Source: a virus
IMG/VR virus record: IMGVR_UViG_3300007511_000003
Location: 64,001 to 128,000 of that record
Strand: one strand, 5' to 3'
Length of the DNA stretch: 64,000 nucleotides
Under the pieces are notes generated by a model. The model was not told the DNA's origin. It worked only from the letters and a program-made list of their open reading frames with translations, and did no database searches. Positions within the stretch are counted from its first letter, which is position 1. The number at the start of each line of letters is the position of its first letter. Shown one piece after another: positions 38,731-48,718 of the stretch. The translations under genes and the position numbers were made by a program.

Positions 38731-39760
38731 GGTGTATCCCCTTTAAAATCTGAGTGCGTGTCTTCCGATACCAACCTCGTGGCAAAACTATGCGTTTGGG
38801 GGAGCCGTTATCATTTTGCATAACCAAAAGTCGAAAGATAAAACCATCCTTCATTGTCTGTCGGGCTTTAGCACACAAAATGTGCCATAAACGGTCAGGG
38901 GAGCTTTTATGTAATCTATGGTTTGTTAATCCTGCCGTGTGTAAAGACTTTACTTCTATAAGTATGTTACGGTCCGGGAGGAACAAATCGGGGTAGTACC
39001 TACGGTTCTTTCCGTCAAGTTGGTAATATACAACCGGCACTTCGCGGTCACTAAATACTCGGATCCTTGAAGGATCCACCCCTTTTTTGTGGAGTAACCA
39101 ATCCAATGCTAGGTCTTCATATCCTTGTACCTGAACGACCCGGGAACCTAACGTATAAGAATGATAAAATCTTGTGCTGGAACAAGCATTACATGCCAAG
39201 CCTCGTTTAGCCAACACGGAAGAAGGGCGGGCCGTAAATAAGGCACCGCAAGAAAGGCATTTATGTTCTATTGGAACACTAATACCCTTATACACTCCTA
39301 TAGGCTGTAGGGCTTTACCTAATTTCTCCAACCTCTCACCGTATCTCTCTGTGGTATGTAGGCCATGTTTTGACGGGTTGCATGATCGACAACCAACACC
39401 ACGTTTAACAGCCTCTGTGGTATACCAATCCTGGGTATTACAAAACTTACATTGATACAGGTTTTTGGCATTCTTCAACCGACGATAACCTTCCATAACA
39501 TAAAAGGAAGAGTTACGGATTTCTGTCATATGGTTGCACATCGAATGGAAATTCTGCAACCTATCAGAGCAGGCAGGGCAGTTAAGGAACCCGTTTTTCG
39601 TGGTCCTGGGTTTAGTTATAAACCCATTACCGCAGATCTTACAATAATGGCTACAAGGTACGTGAACACCGGAATACCCGGAAAGGTACCCTACCAAAGT
39701 AGAATCCAAGGATTTAATATACTCTTGTTCTCTTACCTCGAGAGATTTAGACATACCCAT
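38723..39760 (-). CDS. free-standing PD-(D/E)xK homing endonuclease-like protein with Zn ribbons
   Basis: Several CxxC pairs; VQGYE, YYPDLF...LIEVKS. Confidence 0.8.
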   Translation of the reverse strand: MGMSKSLEVREQEYIKSLDSTLVGYLSGYSGVHVPCSHYCKICGNGFITKPRTTKNGFLNCPACSDRLQNFHSMCNHMTEIRNSSFYVMEGYRRLKNAKNLYQCKFCNTQDWYTTEAVKRGVGCRSCNPSKHGLHTTERYGERLEKLGKALQPIGVYKGISVPIEHKCLSCGALFTARPSSVLAKRGLACNACSSTRFYHSYTLGSRVVQVQGYEDLALDWLLHKKGVDPSRIRVFSDREVPVVYYQLDGKNRRYYPDLFLPDRNILIEVKSLHTAGLTNHRLHKSSPDRLWHILCAKARQTMKDGFIFRLLVMQNDNGSPKRIVLPRGWYRKTRTQILKGIHHG

Positions 39761-40743
39761 TACATCGGTTCCACTATGACAGTAGGTTTCAAAATACCAT
39801 GCTTAGACACGTTCCATTCTACACTCACCACCCTACATTTCACTATCTGATCCTCCATCAACATCTTGAAGGCTACGCTGTACCGAGGGTTGCCAGATGT
39901 GGCGCGTTTGTATATTGAGTCCTGTGTGACCACCAGACCGTCTATGGCAAACTTAGAGCTCTTCCGCCTCGCAATGAGTCTGTCAGAGAGTGTCTGGGCG
40001 TCCAGGACCTTATAGGCCTTGGCAGGAGCGACCGTGAATCCAAGCTGGTGTTTCAGGTAGTTGAGCTGTTCGGAGGGTTTCTTGCGTGGAACGATGAGTT
40101 CGTAGCACACCAAGGTGGCGTCTTTGAGGGCAGGGCTGACATCCGGGCGGTTGACCAACCCACCCATGAAATTCCGTGGGTTTGCGAAGTCCTTGGCGTA
40201 CTTCTTGAACGCCGTCTCGGACATGATGATCTCGGCCCGTACCGCGAAGGTGTCCTGTGTCTTGGGAAGCCCAAGAATTGGCACCATGGACGTTACATCC
40301 TGTCCGACCTTACCGTTACCTCGGGTAAACAGTTGGTACCGGCCCTTGGTACAGATGATAAGCATTGAGATGCCGTCCATCTTGTCCGACACCACGTAGG
40401 GCCCTGGGTTGGCGTCAAACCAACGGTCAAGGTCTGGAGTGTTGGGTTTGATCTTGTCGAGGGAACCCATCCAATAGGGCAGTTTTTGTTTCTTACCCTG
40501 ATCGACAGGAGCGCCTACTTTTTGGAGCAAAGGGCTGTCAGGGAACCTCTGGCGGAACGTATCCTCAATCGCGTCAAACTCGGCGTCTGACAAGAAAGGG
40601 CTTCCCTTGTAGTACGTGTTCTTGGCCCGGCGGTATAACTGACGTAGCAGCCGAGCGGACAACTTTGAGGCATAACCTCCAGGGTCTGCCTTTAGGGCTG
40701 TCAAATCGAACTCATACGCTGCCACTTCCCTCAACCTTTTCAT
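39760..40743 (-). CDS. ligA: NAD+-dependent DNA ligase, N-terminal part (adenylation domain)
   Basis: YY...SDAEFD, MGSLDK, KMDG, TRGNG, NPRN, IDGLVV, VAFK. Confidence 0.92.
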   Translation of the reverse strand: MKRLREVAAYEFDLTALKADPGGYASKLSARLLRQLYRRAKNTYYKGSPFLSDAEFDAIEDTFRQRFPDSPLLQKVGAPVDQGKKQKLPYWMGSLDKIKPNTPDLDRWFDANPGPYVVSDKMDGISMLIICTKGRYQLFTRGNGKVGQDVTSMVPILGLPKTQDTFAVRAEIIMSETAFKKYAKDFANPRNFMGGLVNRPDVSPALKDATLVCYELIVPRKKPSEQLNYLKHQLGFTVAPAKAYKVLDAQTLSDRLIARRKSSKFAIDGLVVTQDSIYKRATSGNPRYSVAFKMLMEDQIVKCRVVSVEWNVSKHGILKPTVIVEPM

Positions 40744-41057
40744 CCGTCCAGTACCTGCTCTGTGGATGACTCATCATAATCTTCGTCCGCGTCACCAGCC
40801 TGACTTACCTCCATCTCCATGTCTTCCAACAAGGAACTTGCTTGGCTGAGCAGAGCATGGAGTTTCTTACTGTCACCAAGGAAACCAGGATCCAGACGCT
40901 TGAGTTCCTTGGACAGAGGAGACCCTGGAGTTTTGGTCATCGTCAAGGCATCTTCGACCATCGTGTATAATTTGTCGATGATTTTCAGGGCAGGGTCTGC
41001 GGTACCTGCCTGTTGGCATTGTCTGAGGCGTGCCACCGCTTGTCGTGTCGTGGTCAT
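40740..41057 (-). CDS. leader-family protein
   Basis: MTTTRQAVARLRQ. Confidence 0.6.
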   Translation of the reverse strand: MTTTRQAVARLRQCQQAGTADPALKIIDKLYTMVEDALTMTKTPGSPLSKELKRLDPGFLGDSKKLHALLSQASSLLEDMEMEVSQAGDADEDYDESSTEQVLDG

Positions 41058-41073
41058 TTCGTCTTCCTTTGGG

Positions 41074-41508
41074 TTACAGGGATTTGTAAACCAAGTCATC
41101 CAATTCACGGATAACCTGGTGGGTAGAAGAGCGTAAACACCGCAGGGTATCTTGTGGTGTACCCTGCTTATAAAGCAAGTTGGCTAGGCCCCGGGCTTTG
41201 CTTCTCTTTTCTAACCAACGTTGGCACAATTCTTGGGCAGTAGTAAGGGCCTTTAAAGCATGAAGAATATATAACCGCCCTGCGAGTTCCTGGACATCGT
41301 AGTAATCCAGGCTAGATACCCCATCAAACAAGGTAAGAACCTGAAGAACATCTTGTGGGTATTGTTGGTCAGACTGGGCTACAAAATCATCAAGATCAAA
41401 GTCTGAGCCAGACCCAGACCGAGTGGGCTCCAAGGCGTCAAAACTTGCGTTAACCGAGGAGCGGCCCATTCTTTTCAGGCGAGTTAAGGCTTGTTTGTGG
41501 GTGCTCAT
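41074..41508 (-). CDS. leader-family protein
   Basis: MSTHKQALTRLK. Confidence 0.6.
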   Translation of the reverse strand: MSTHKQALTRLKRMGRSSVNASFDALEPTRSGSGSDFDLDDFVAQSDQQYPQDVLQVLTLFDGVSSLDYYDVQELAGRLYILHALKALTTAQELCQRWLEKRSKARGLANLLYKQGTPQDTLRCLRSSTHQVIRELDDLVYKSL

Positions 41509-41879
41509 TCCATTTCCCCTTCAGCCTCAGGCTCTTCTCCGTGGGTTTGTTGGAGACGCAGGAACAGGTCGATCCCGAAAGTATCGAGGTCCGACGTCAA
41601 CTTAGTGACCTGCCGAGCTGCAACAGATGCCCGTTTCTTGAATGCGATGAGTGCCTGTATCACCTCATCACTATACTCAAGTTCGCGGGCCACATCCAGG
41701 ATCGTCCACAATACCTGGTCGGAGATCACCCCTTGTAGAGGTTCCAGTTGGTCTACGATTTTCTTTTCTTGGGGTCCCAGACCACCCAGCTTCTTCCGGT
41801 CGAAGCCTGCCAAAACAGGCTCCCTACCGGTAAAGCGAAGGCGTCCGAGAGCCTGTTGGTGTGCAAGCTCACGTTTCAT
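41505..41879 (-). CDS. leader-family protein
   Basis: MKRELAHQQALGRL. Confidence 0.6.
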   Translation of the reverse strand: MKRELAHQQALGRLRFTGREPVLAGFDRKKLGGLGPQEKKIVDQLEPLQGVISDQVLWTILDVARELEYSDEVIQALIAFKKRASVAARQVTKLTSDLDTFGIDLFLRLQQTHGEEPEAEGEME

Positions 41880-42799
41880 CAGACGACTCCATGGGTACGC
41901 ATCAGTTGTTCGAGGTTGCTGTAGTAGCTGGGATCCTGTTGGTATAGGTCGGCGTAGTACTGCTTGAGGTCGGTCTCCGTCAAGTCCTCTGGGTCTTCGA
42001 CCGTGATGGGCTTGATTTCGTCCGCAACCTCTTGTTTCTTGGCCCAGGCTTTCAACTTCTCCTCGGGGATGTAGGTAGGTCGTGCCTTGGCCGTCACCTG
42101 CATTTTGGGTTCGCTGTCACCCAAGGAAGCCACCTCCACGATCAGGTCAGGGTGCGTGGCCACAGCCTCTTCGTCCCGCACCGCAATCAGCACGTCGCCG
42201 GAGTCCGTGCAGGAGGTTAGGACGTAACCGAACTTGACAATGCCCTCGGCTGGATCGACAAACCCAACGTAGGACCTCTCAGGGCTGGCAATACGTGCGA
42301 TCTCCTGAATCTGTGGAACACCTACCCGACGGGTGCGGGCATGGGCCAGCAACTCAGACAGGTCTTCGTCTTGGTCACGGCACAGGAACTTCTGACCACC
42401 GCTTGTCTTGACGTTCCACAAGCTTTGGTCTTTGGCATCCATCAGGATATTGGATGCCATCACCCGCATGTCCTTGACACGCTCATCGGTGTAGGGTTCA
42501 ACCACACGGTTGGGAACAACGAAACCCGAAAGGATTGGCCGGTTACCTCGGATGTTTACCAACTGGCGGAAAGAGTCAGGTACGATCACGGCCTTACCGT
42601 CAAAGGCGTTGTTGATAGCCGCCTGGATGGCTTTCCGGTCAGAGGTAGGGGACGACAGGCCAACGATAACTTGGCCCACTTGACCCTCCGCCAACACATT
42701 GAATTCATGGACGGTTGCAAGCAGACGGCGGCTGTTACGCTTCTGCAATTTCTTGGCAACCCGCGCGGGGTCAAAGTAACGACTACGATTGGCGTTCAT
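41879..42799 (-). CDS. probable virion/head-associated protein
   Basis: Strong codon bias, AGGAGAG RBS, TGTAAATA upstream. Confidence 0.5.
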   Translation of the reverse strand: MNANRSRYFDPARVAKKLQKRNSRRLLATVHEFNVLAEGQVGQVIVGLSSPTSDRKAIQAAINNAFDGKAVIVPDSFRQLVNIRGNRPILSGFVVPNRVVEPYTDERVKDMRVMASNILMDAKDQSLWNVKTSGGQKFLCRDQDEDLSELLAHARTRRVGVPQIQEIARIASPERSYVGFVDPAEGIVKFGYVLTSCTDSGDVLIAVRDEEAVATHPDLIVEVASLGDSEPKMQVTAKARPTYIPEEKLKAWAKKQEVADEIKPITVEDPEDLTETDLKQYYADLYQQDPSYYSNLEQLMRTHGVV

Positions 42800-42846
42800 T
42801 TACGCTCTCCTACTGGGGTGTTATGCCTTGTATTTACAAGACGGGT

Positions 42847-43326
42847 TCATTGGTCAGGCAGAGCCTGGACTTCCTTGATGACACCGGCCACCATCTTTTC
42901 CTGAGCCATCATGACACTCGCCCACATTTTTTCCAGTTTGCGGAACTTGGCGTTCATCACGTGACCCTTTTTGATTAACGGATTGATCACGGCTTTAAAG
43001 GGCTTGAGACGCCACTGCTCTGCCAACCACTGCTGTACTTTCTTGGCATCAAGGGATCTAGACACAGATACCACGATAAACGCCTTCCCGGGCTTGGCTC
43101 CGGAGTACGGAGCGGCACCACTACCATCCAGCTTTAACTCGAGGGCTTCTTCCATTTCATCGGTATCAATCACCAGGTAATGCCCGTCAACGTCATACGT
43201 TTCACCGTCAACGATCTCCATCAACAGGTCGATACGTCGTAACATACCACGAAACTTGCGGACCAGCTCTTTGAAATGCTGGTTTTCTTCTGGGCCGAGG
43301 TCGGCCAACACACGTAGTTTCCTCAT
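42847..43326 (-). CDS. hypothetical protein (MRKLRVLA leader)
   Basis: Likely start ATG 43326. Confidence 0.55.
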   Translation of the reverse strand: MRKLRVLADLGPEENQHFKELVRKFRGMLRRIDLLMEIVDGETYDVDGHYLVIDTDEMEEALELKLDGSGAAPYSGAKPGKAFIVVSVSRSLDAKKVQQWLAEQWRLKPFKAVINPLIKKGHVMNAKFRKLEKMWASVMMAQEKMVAGVIKEVQALPDQ

Positions 43327-44471
43327 CGCCCTACTGCCCTCCCGGCTTGACTGACCAGACTCATCTGGACACCGCATACTCCAACCCGGCTGGCGTTGGC
43401 GCCTGCGTTCTCAGACCCATCCCCTCCGATAATGCCCTTCTTACGAGCCTGCCGTTTAAAACGCTCTGCATTCTCTTGGAGGTAGGACTCAGCGTTTGAT
43501 AGTTGACTTTCAAGGTACCCTGTAACATCGGTGGACAGACTGATGGCTTGCCCTCCAAAGTCAAAGCTTTTCTCGCCTTCAGCCAGGTACTGACTACGGA
43601 GGGCCACTGCCTTGGCGGCTGTGATCCAGAAATGAGCAATAGGTCCTTTGGCCCGTGTCATGGAAAAGGTAGTGACCTGATCCAGAGTGTTAAAATAATC
43701 AGCCCCGCTCTTAAGGAACGACATCATGTCAACCATCGTATACTGGGCTTCTTCCAGGCCAGTATCCGTGTGGAGCCTGTTAATCCAATCACCGAGTTCC
43801 TTCTGAGCCTGCAAAATAGATGGAGTGGTCACAAATAGACGGCCAAGTTCCTGTTGGGGAACTCGATCGACTCTGTAGTTCCATATAACTGAGTATGGAA
43901 CGAGGGAAGGGACCAACTTATTGGTCACTAGGTCAACGGCATCAACAAAGCGGTACTTGCCATTATCCCCGGCAGAGGAACGGATTACCTGCTTGGAGTA
44001 AAGGGAGACGTTATCTTCGTTGAACACCGTGACAGAAGCGGTTGGAATACGACCACCAATAGGAAGGATACAAATCAGCTCAGCAGATCCCATGCCATAT
44101 ATCTCCACGGCATCCATAGGACCAAAGGGATCAGTAACAGGTGGATAAACCAGGAAAGACTCAAAATAATGTAGGTCTTCTTCACCGTCAAAGTCAAAAA
44201 TCCACTTAACTTGGTATTCGGTACCATAGTCGTCGGCTTCGAGGTTATCAGGTAAAGAGAAGTAAGCGGTCGCAGTGGTACGTCGGGTCATGACCTCCAC
44301 GTGTGGGGCAAACCCGCGGGCATACTCAACACCGTCTGGGTCTTGGAGGATCCAAGTCACTACGACGTGTTCTACCTCTTCCAACGGTTCTGGAATCTGG
44401 ACGACAGCCCGCGCGGTTACTTGATGTCCTACCACCGCTTTGAGAATAGCCTCGATGGTATCGTGACTCAC
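43323..44471 (-). CDS. probable neck/head-tail adaptor structural protein
   Basis: Beta-rich N-half, helical C-half, FDFGGQAISLS. Confidence 0.45.
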   Translation of the reverse strand: MSHDTIEAILKAVVGHQVTARAVVQIPEPLEEVEHVVVTWILQDPDGVEYARGFAPHVEVMTRRTTATAYFSLPDNLEADDYGTEYQVKWIFDFDGEEDLHYFESFLVYPPVTDPFGPMDAVEIYGMGSAELICILPIGGRIPTASVTVFNEDNVSLYSKQVIRSSAGDNGKYRFVDAVDLVTNKLVPSLVPYSVIWNYRVDRVPQQELGRLFVTTPSILQAQKELGDWINRLHTDTGLEEAQYTMVDMMSFLKSGADYFNTLDQVTTFSMTRAKGPIAHFWITAAKAVALRSQYLAEGEKSFDFGGQAISLSTDVTGYLESQLSNAESYLQENAERFKRQARKKGIIGGDGSENAGANASRVGVCGVQMSLVSQAGRAVGR

Positions 44472-46036
44472 AATTCGGCTCCTTCAAAAGCACGTTGCAT
44501 ACTGCTAACCGAACTCATCATACGCAACAAGGGTTGTGGTGTGCGAACACCAATCGACCGGAAATGCTGAATCATGATCGATGGGTCAATGTAGTTTTGT
44601 ATGGCCGTGTCTGGAGTGAGCTTATCCCCACTGTAATGGCCCAACGCCTTTGCTACCTTCATCAGCAACAAACGAAATTCTTGTAGGGCCTCCTTTTGGG
44701 AAGGCGGGACCCCTTGTCTATGGTACCTGCTACCCTTCAATACCTGTTCCGCCAAAAGAGTACCGCGGAGGGTGCGTAACTTGTGGATGGTAACAGGACT
44801 TCCGATCCCTTTGAAATAAGCGTTCACCACGGTAGCAGAGACATGGGCTCCTGATGGTCCGCGAAACACCAAGTCATCTGGTTCCAGACCTTCTGTCAGG
44901 ATCTTGAGCAAAGCCATTACCTTGCGGCTCCATTTGGTGTCCGGAATAATAGCATGCTTATGAGAAATACCGTCCTTGCCCTTATAATGCAGTACCGCAG
45001 TGTTTCCCTTAAGCTGGATATGTTTGGCCCTCAGCGTGGACAAACCATAGGTACTCTGTCCTTTGGTCGAAGAACCAGGGGTCCCTATACGACCCTGTGT
45101 AAGGTAAGCAATTTCCACCAGCAAAGCCGGAATCTGCTTCTTGGAGCCATCCGACATCAGGTCACGGCGCCATTTCTTGAGAAGGGCTTCGATACCTTTG
45201 ACCAGCTTAGCCACCTTGGCAAACTTTTCCTTGGTACGGGCCTTGTGGTACTTTTCGGTATAGTAATACTTGAACTTGGTCCCTTTTGGAGGCTGACCTT
45301 TAAACACCCAAGTGTCATCAGATTTGGGGTCATACTTAGGGTTCATTTCGATCGTACCAGCAGGAACCCCATTAATCTTTTGTCGTGCCTTGGTATACAG
45401 GCCACCGTCTTCCCCAACAAATCCGGTAAACCCCTCTGGTATCTTGACCGCCACCCCTTCTTGGGACGCAGCGGTCCTTACATCAGAGGCATCCAAGATT
45501 GGTTTACCGCTACTCCGAATGTGGTTAAGTAACCACTCTTTTGGTGTGCTCGGTGGGTCCTCATGGACAAAAAGCTTATTGATATGGGGGTCTTTCAATA
45601 CACCTATGTTCTTATGAAACCGCTTGTAGGCGGCAGGGCTAGGCTTGGCAGACAGGACGGAAAAGTCTTTCAGGAGAGCAAAATATTCCTCTGGAATTGA
45701 GTCCTCAGTGGCTCCGTATATATTAGGAAATTTGACCTTCAGGATGGAACCCAAAGCGAGTAGGGCCTTGCTTTCATCCGAGGCGGTGCCACCCTGCTCT
45801 AGCTTATCTACAACCTTGCGTAGAGGCGGGACTTTGATACCGAATTGGGTGAGGAAGTCCTCAGCTTGGGCAAAGAGCTGGTTCAAACGTACCCTTTGCT
45901 GGACCTGTAAGGGCCTTCCAGACTTGACAGAATAGATGATATATGCAAGGGTGCGAAAGAAGGAAAGGACGGCTTCAGGGGTTAAATCCACCTGTAACGC
46001 GATCTCTACATTGGCAAGAACCCGCAACTCTTTCAT
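44468..46036 (-). CDS. DNA topoisomerase IB
   Basis: Catalytic pattern GRIG, YGLSTL, YKGKD, HKLRT, LGH...TAIQNY. Confidence 0.85.
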   Translation of the reverse strand: MKELRVLANVEIALQVDLTPEAVLSFFRTLAYIIYSVKSGRPLQVQQRVRLNQLFAQAEDFLTQFGIKVPPLRKVVDKLEQGGTASDESKALLALGSILKVKFPNIYGATEDSIPEEYFALLKDFSVLSAKPSPAAYKRFHKNIGVLKDPHINKLFVHEDPPSTPKEWLLNHIRSSGKPILDASDVRTAASQEGVAVKIPEGFTGFVGEDGGLYTKARQKINGVPAGTIEMNPKYDPKSDDTWVFKGQPPKGTKFKYYYTEKYHKARTKEKFAKVAKLVKGIEALLKKWRRDLMSDGSKKQIPALLVEIAYLTQGRIGTPGSSTKGQSTYGLSTLRAKHIQLKGNTAVLHYKGKDGISHKHAIIPDTKWSRKVMALLKILTEGLEPDDLVFRGPSGAHVSATVVNAYFKGIGSPVTIHKLRTLRGTLLAEQVLKGSRYHRQGVPPSQKEALQEFRLLLMKVAKALGHYSGDKLTPDTAIQNYIDPSIMIQHFRSIGVRTPQPLLRMMSSVSSMQRAFEGAEL

Positions 46037-46803
46037 GGCATGTGCTCCAACATTTGTACCTTGGATGAAACGAGGAGGTTCTCTTCAGCCAACAAGGAAG
46101 GGAGGAGGGAGAGACCTTCACGGAGGGAAGTAAATTGCTTGGCACCGGAATGGGTGCTCAGTGGTGTAAATGATGGGGACAGTGAAAGGGAAAATTGAAA
46201 ACCAGATTTTGTTTGTGTGCCAGATACGATGACATGGAAGGAGTCGTAGGTAAAACCTTCTGGGTCCGTTACTCCTGCCAACTCAAGTACCGAAGTGAAA
46301 AGAGGGGAATCATTTTCAGCAGACACGTGACTATGTATACGGTGATGGTCAAACCTGCCTGAAAGAAGGCGCCGACTCCGTTTATGGATGCCTTTTGCCA
46401 CTGCTCTTACTTTCGTAGGCATTACCTTCAACGTAGCTTTTTCTGTGCAGGCCCTTATAGTAAGGAGTTCAGCACGGACCAAAGCTTGGAGTTCCTCGAT
46501 CTCCCCGAAGACCTTGCCTAGCTTGTTTTCGTTATGGAACTGGTATGTTAACTGTGCCTTTAGGGCACCCAAGGTATCCAATTTGGTTCCATAGACTTGC
46601 AAGGCTTCAAGATGCCGGTCCAACGTCAACAGGGAGGGCCCTACCTCATCCTCTTGTAGTTGGTCGAAAGCAGCAGAGAGTTTGTTTACCCGGGAACGCA
46701 CACCACGTAAGTAACGAGAAACGTCGGGCAGACTGCGAAACTTGGGTTCCCCATTTCGACTTAGGATGCGTATTTCCTTCAGCAATTTCTGTTGGACACT
46801 CAA
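46033..46803 (-). CDS. hypothetical protein
   Basis: 256-aa ORF. Confidence 0.55.
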   Translation of the reverse strand: MSVQQKLLKEIRILSRNGEPKFRSLPDVSRYLRGVRSRVNKLSAAFDQLQEDEVGPSLLTLDRHLEALQVYGTKLDTLGALKAQLTYQFHNENKLGKVFGEIEELQALVRAELLTIRACTEKATLKVMPTKVRAVAKGIHKRSRRLLSGRFDHHRIHSHVSAENDSPLFTSVLELAGVTDPEGFTYDSFHVIVSGTQTKSGFQFSLSLSPSFTPLSTHSGAKQFTSLREGLSLLPSLLAEENLLVSSKVQMLEHMP

Positions 46804-46806
46804 CGG

Positions 46807-47976
46807 TCAAATCCTCTCAATAGGGTTACCAGCTTTCATCGCTTTGTTACCTCCGTGTGGTAACATGGTGCCCAACTCAAATTCTTTTAATGGAAAGGCG
46901 TTACACTCGTGCCCGTAAACATGACCGCGGGCATCCATCAATGGGTCAGAATCTGTGGTACGCCAATATCGGCTATATACGTGGTCAAACAACATGGACA
47001 GCTTGGGTACCTCAGCCACCAGGGAGGGTAAAACAATAGTGCCCGTTGCAAGTCCTTCCAACAGGATGATGTCCTGCAGGTCCTGAATCTTGGAGAAGTC
47101 CGCCAGTAACATTTCACTGGACAGACGGAATTGCAGTTCAATGTGAGTAATCTTGGCACCACGGACAGGAAACTCCAGCTTCAGGAGGCTTTTCACACCT
47201 GTGGCAAAGGCCAGGATAGACTCTGGGGAACATCCACCCTCACCGCCCAACAATACGTTGTTGACAGACAGGGGTAAAAACACCTGTTGCTGGTTATCAA
47301 AGATGCGGATAGATTCGACCGCTACCGCGTTCTTGGGTACCATTATATTAAACAGTACAAACGCGCCTTCTCGTTCCGCCATCAGCTTATTGGGTGCCGA
47401 GGTATGGTCAATGGAAACGCCCTCTGCATCTTTAAAATTAGAGGGCGTGAGCACTGTGCGAGAACCTCGAAAAACGTTGTACCCGCCAATATAAGAGGTA
47501 CCAAAGCAAACGGGACACGAGGTCCCAGAAAAGCCAAATGGGTTGGTGGATGGTGTGGACATGGACTCATCTATTTCCCCGAGATCCACGATTTCTTCGT
47601 CGGCTGTCAATGAATCAGGTGTACGCTTGTTCTCTCCGGTACGCATACGAATGTTGGTTGTGTTGGTCAATGTCGACCGGTCAGCATGAGCACTGTCGGC
47701 AGGCGTCATCGTAACAGGGGATCCGCTCAACAAGGTGTCCATCACTTCTGGTTTCATGGATCCATCAGAAGCCAAGGTATCGTTATAAGTGCAGGTACAA
47801 CGATAACCATTGGTGAGAGGTAGGTACAAGGTTACAGGGTGCGGGTTCACCAAAAACGCATTGTTGAACTCATGCTGGGCTACTTCAGAGGTACGCTCCA
47901 ACACACGATCTGCCACCTCTTTCACCCTGTGATTCTTGGGCTTTCTCTGGCGCCCTCTTTGACGAACAACTGGCAT
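46807..47976 (-). CDS. probable head-completion structural protein with Zn motif
   Basis: RCTC...CPVCFGTSYIGGY. Confidence 0.5.
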   Translation of the reverse strand: MPVVRQRGRQRKPKNHRVKEVADRVLERTSEVAQHEFNNAFLVNPHPVTLYLPLTNGYRCTCTYNDTLASDGSMKPEVMDTLLSGSPVTMTPADSAHADRSTLTNTTNIRMRTGENKRTPDSLTADEEIVDLGEIDESMSTPSTNPFGFSGTSCPVCFGTSYIGGYNVFRGSRTVLTPSNFKDAEGVSIDHTSAPNKLMAEREGAFVLFNIMVPKNAVAVESIRIFDNQQQVFLPLSVNNVLLGGEGGCSPESILAFATGVKSLLKLEFPVRGAKITHIELQFRLSSEMLLADFSKIQDLQDIILLEGLATGTIVLPSLVAEVPKLSMLFDHVYSRYWRTTDSDPLMDARGHVYGHECNAFPLKEFELGTMLPHGGNKAMKAGNPIERI

Positions 47977-48067
47977 GAAAATCCCTCGTATAATCCAGAA
48001 AAAGTGCTGGTATCGGCCCAAACGCCCTTAGTTCCCTGTAAATTAAGAGAGTACAAGGCGTACCTAA

Positions 48068-48718
48068 ATGAAATTATTGACAGACGGGACAGATATAGTG
48101 GAAAAAGGAAGGATAAGGGTCATAGGGCATGACCCAGGATCACGTAATTATGCCTACTCAGTGGTGGATGCTCGTGTGTGGGGGCACCTATTCCAGTACA
48201 AGGTACGCAAGTGTGGCATCATAGAAAAGGCAATACCTGCCCTTAAAGATGACCTCAAGGAGGGTACCGTTCAATTTATTAAAGAGGTAGATGGTATAAT
48301 AGGAGACTTTAAACCTGTCAACTATTTCATCGCAGAGCGGTTCGTGAGTAGGGGGCTGCGTGGAGATATTGGGGAACGTGCCAATATCATGCTAGGCATC
48401 GCGCTAGCACTCACCACCAGAAAAAAGGTAGGTGTGGTGGAGACCCCCATGATTACCGCCTCCACCTGGAAGAACAGGACGAAAAAGATTTTGGACCTAA
48501 AAGAGTTATACAAGCAATGTCGGGTGCCACCACATGAGGTAGACGCTACGTTAATTGCCTTGTTTATAGCGTGCCAGCATTTTAAAATTAAACCCTATTC
48601 CTTCTTCAAGTCGGTAAAACATGTCCGAAAGTTTGTAGACAGGGTGGAGTCGGCTACAACCAGCAAACACCGCAACATACGACCAAAAAAATCTTTTGAC
48701 CAATGTTTTGTCCATTAA
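48068..48718 (+). CDS. ruvC: RuvC-like Holliday junction resolvase
   Basis: IGHDPGSRN, IAERF, HEVDA. Confidence 0.75.
   Translation: MKLLTDGTDIVEKGRIRVIGHDPGSRNYAYSVVDARVWGHLFQYKVRKCGIIEKAIPALKDDLKEGTVQFIKEVDGIIGDFKPVNYFIAERFVSRGLRGDIGERANIMLGIALALTTRKKVGVVETPMITASTWKNRTKKILDLKELYKQCRVPPHEVDATLIALFIACQHFKIKPYSFFKSVKHVRKFVDRVESATTSKHRNIRPKKSFDQCFVH

Noticed and set aside
38730-39762. Ribosomal bypass or intein joining the ligase halves
   Set aside because: The gap is ~1 kb, there are no Hint motifs, and the C-half has its own RBS; an intron overlapping the ORF is not fully excluded
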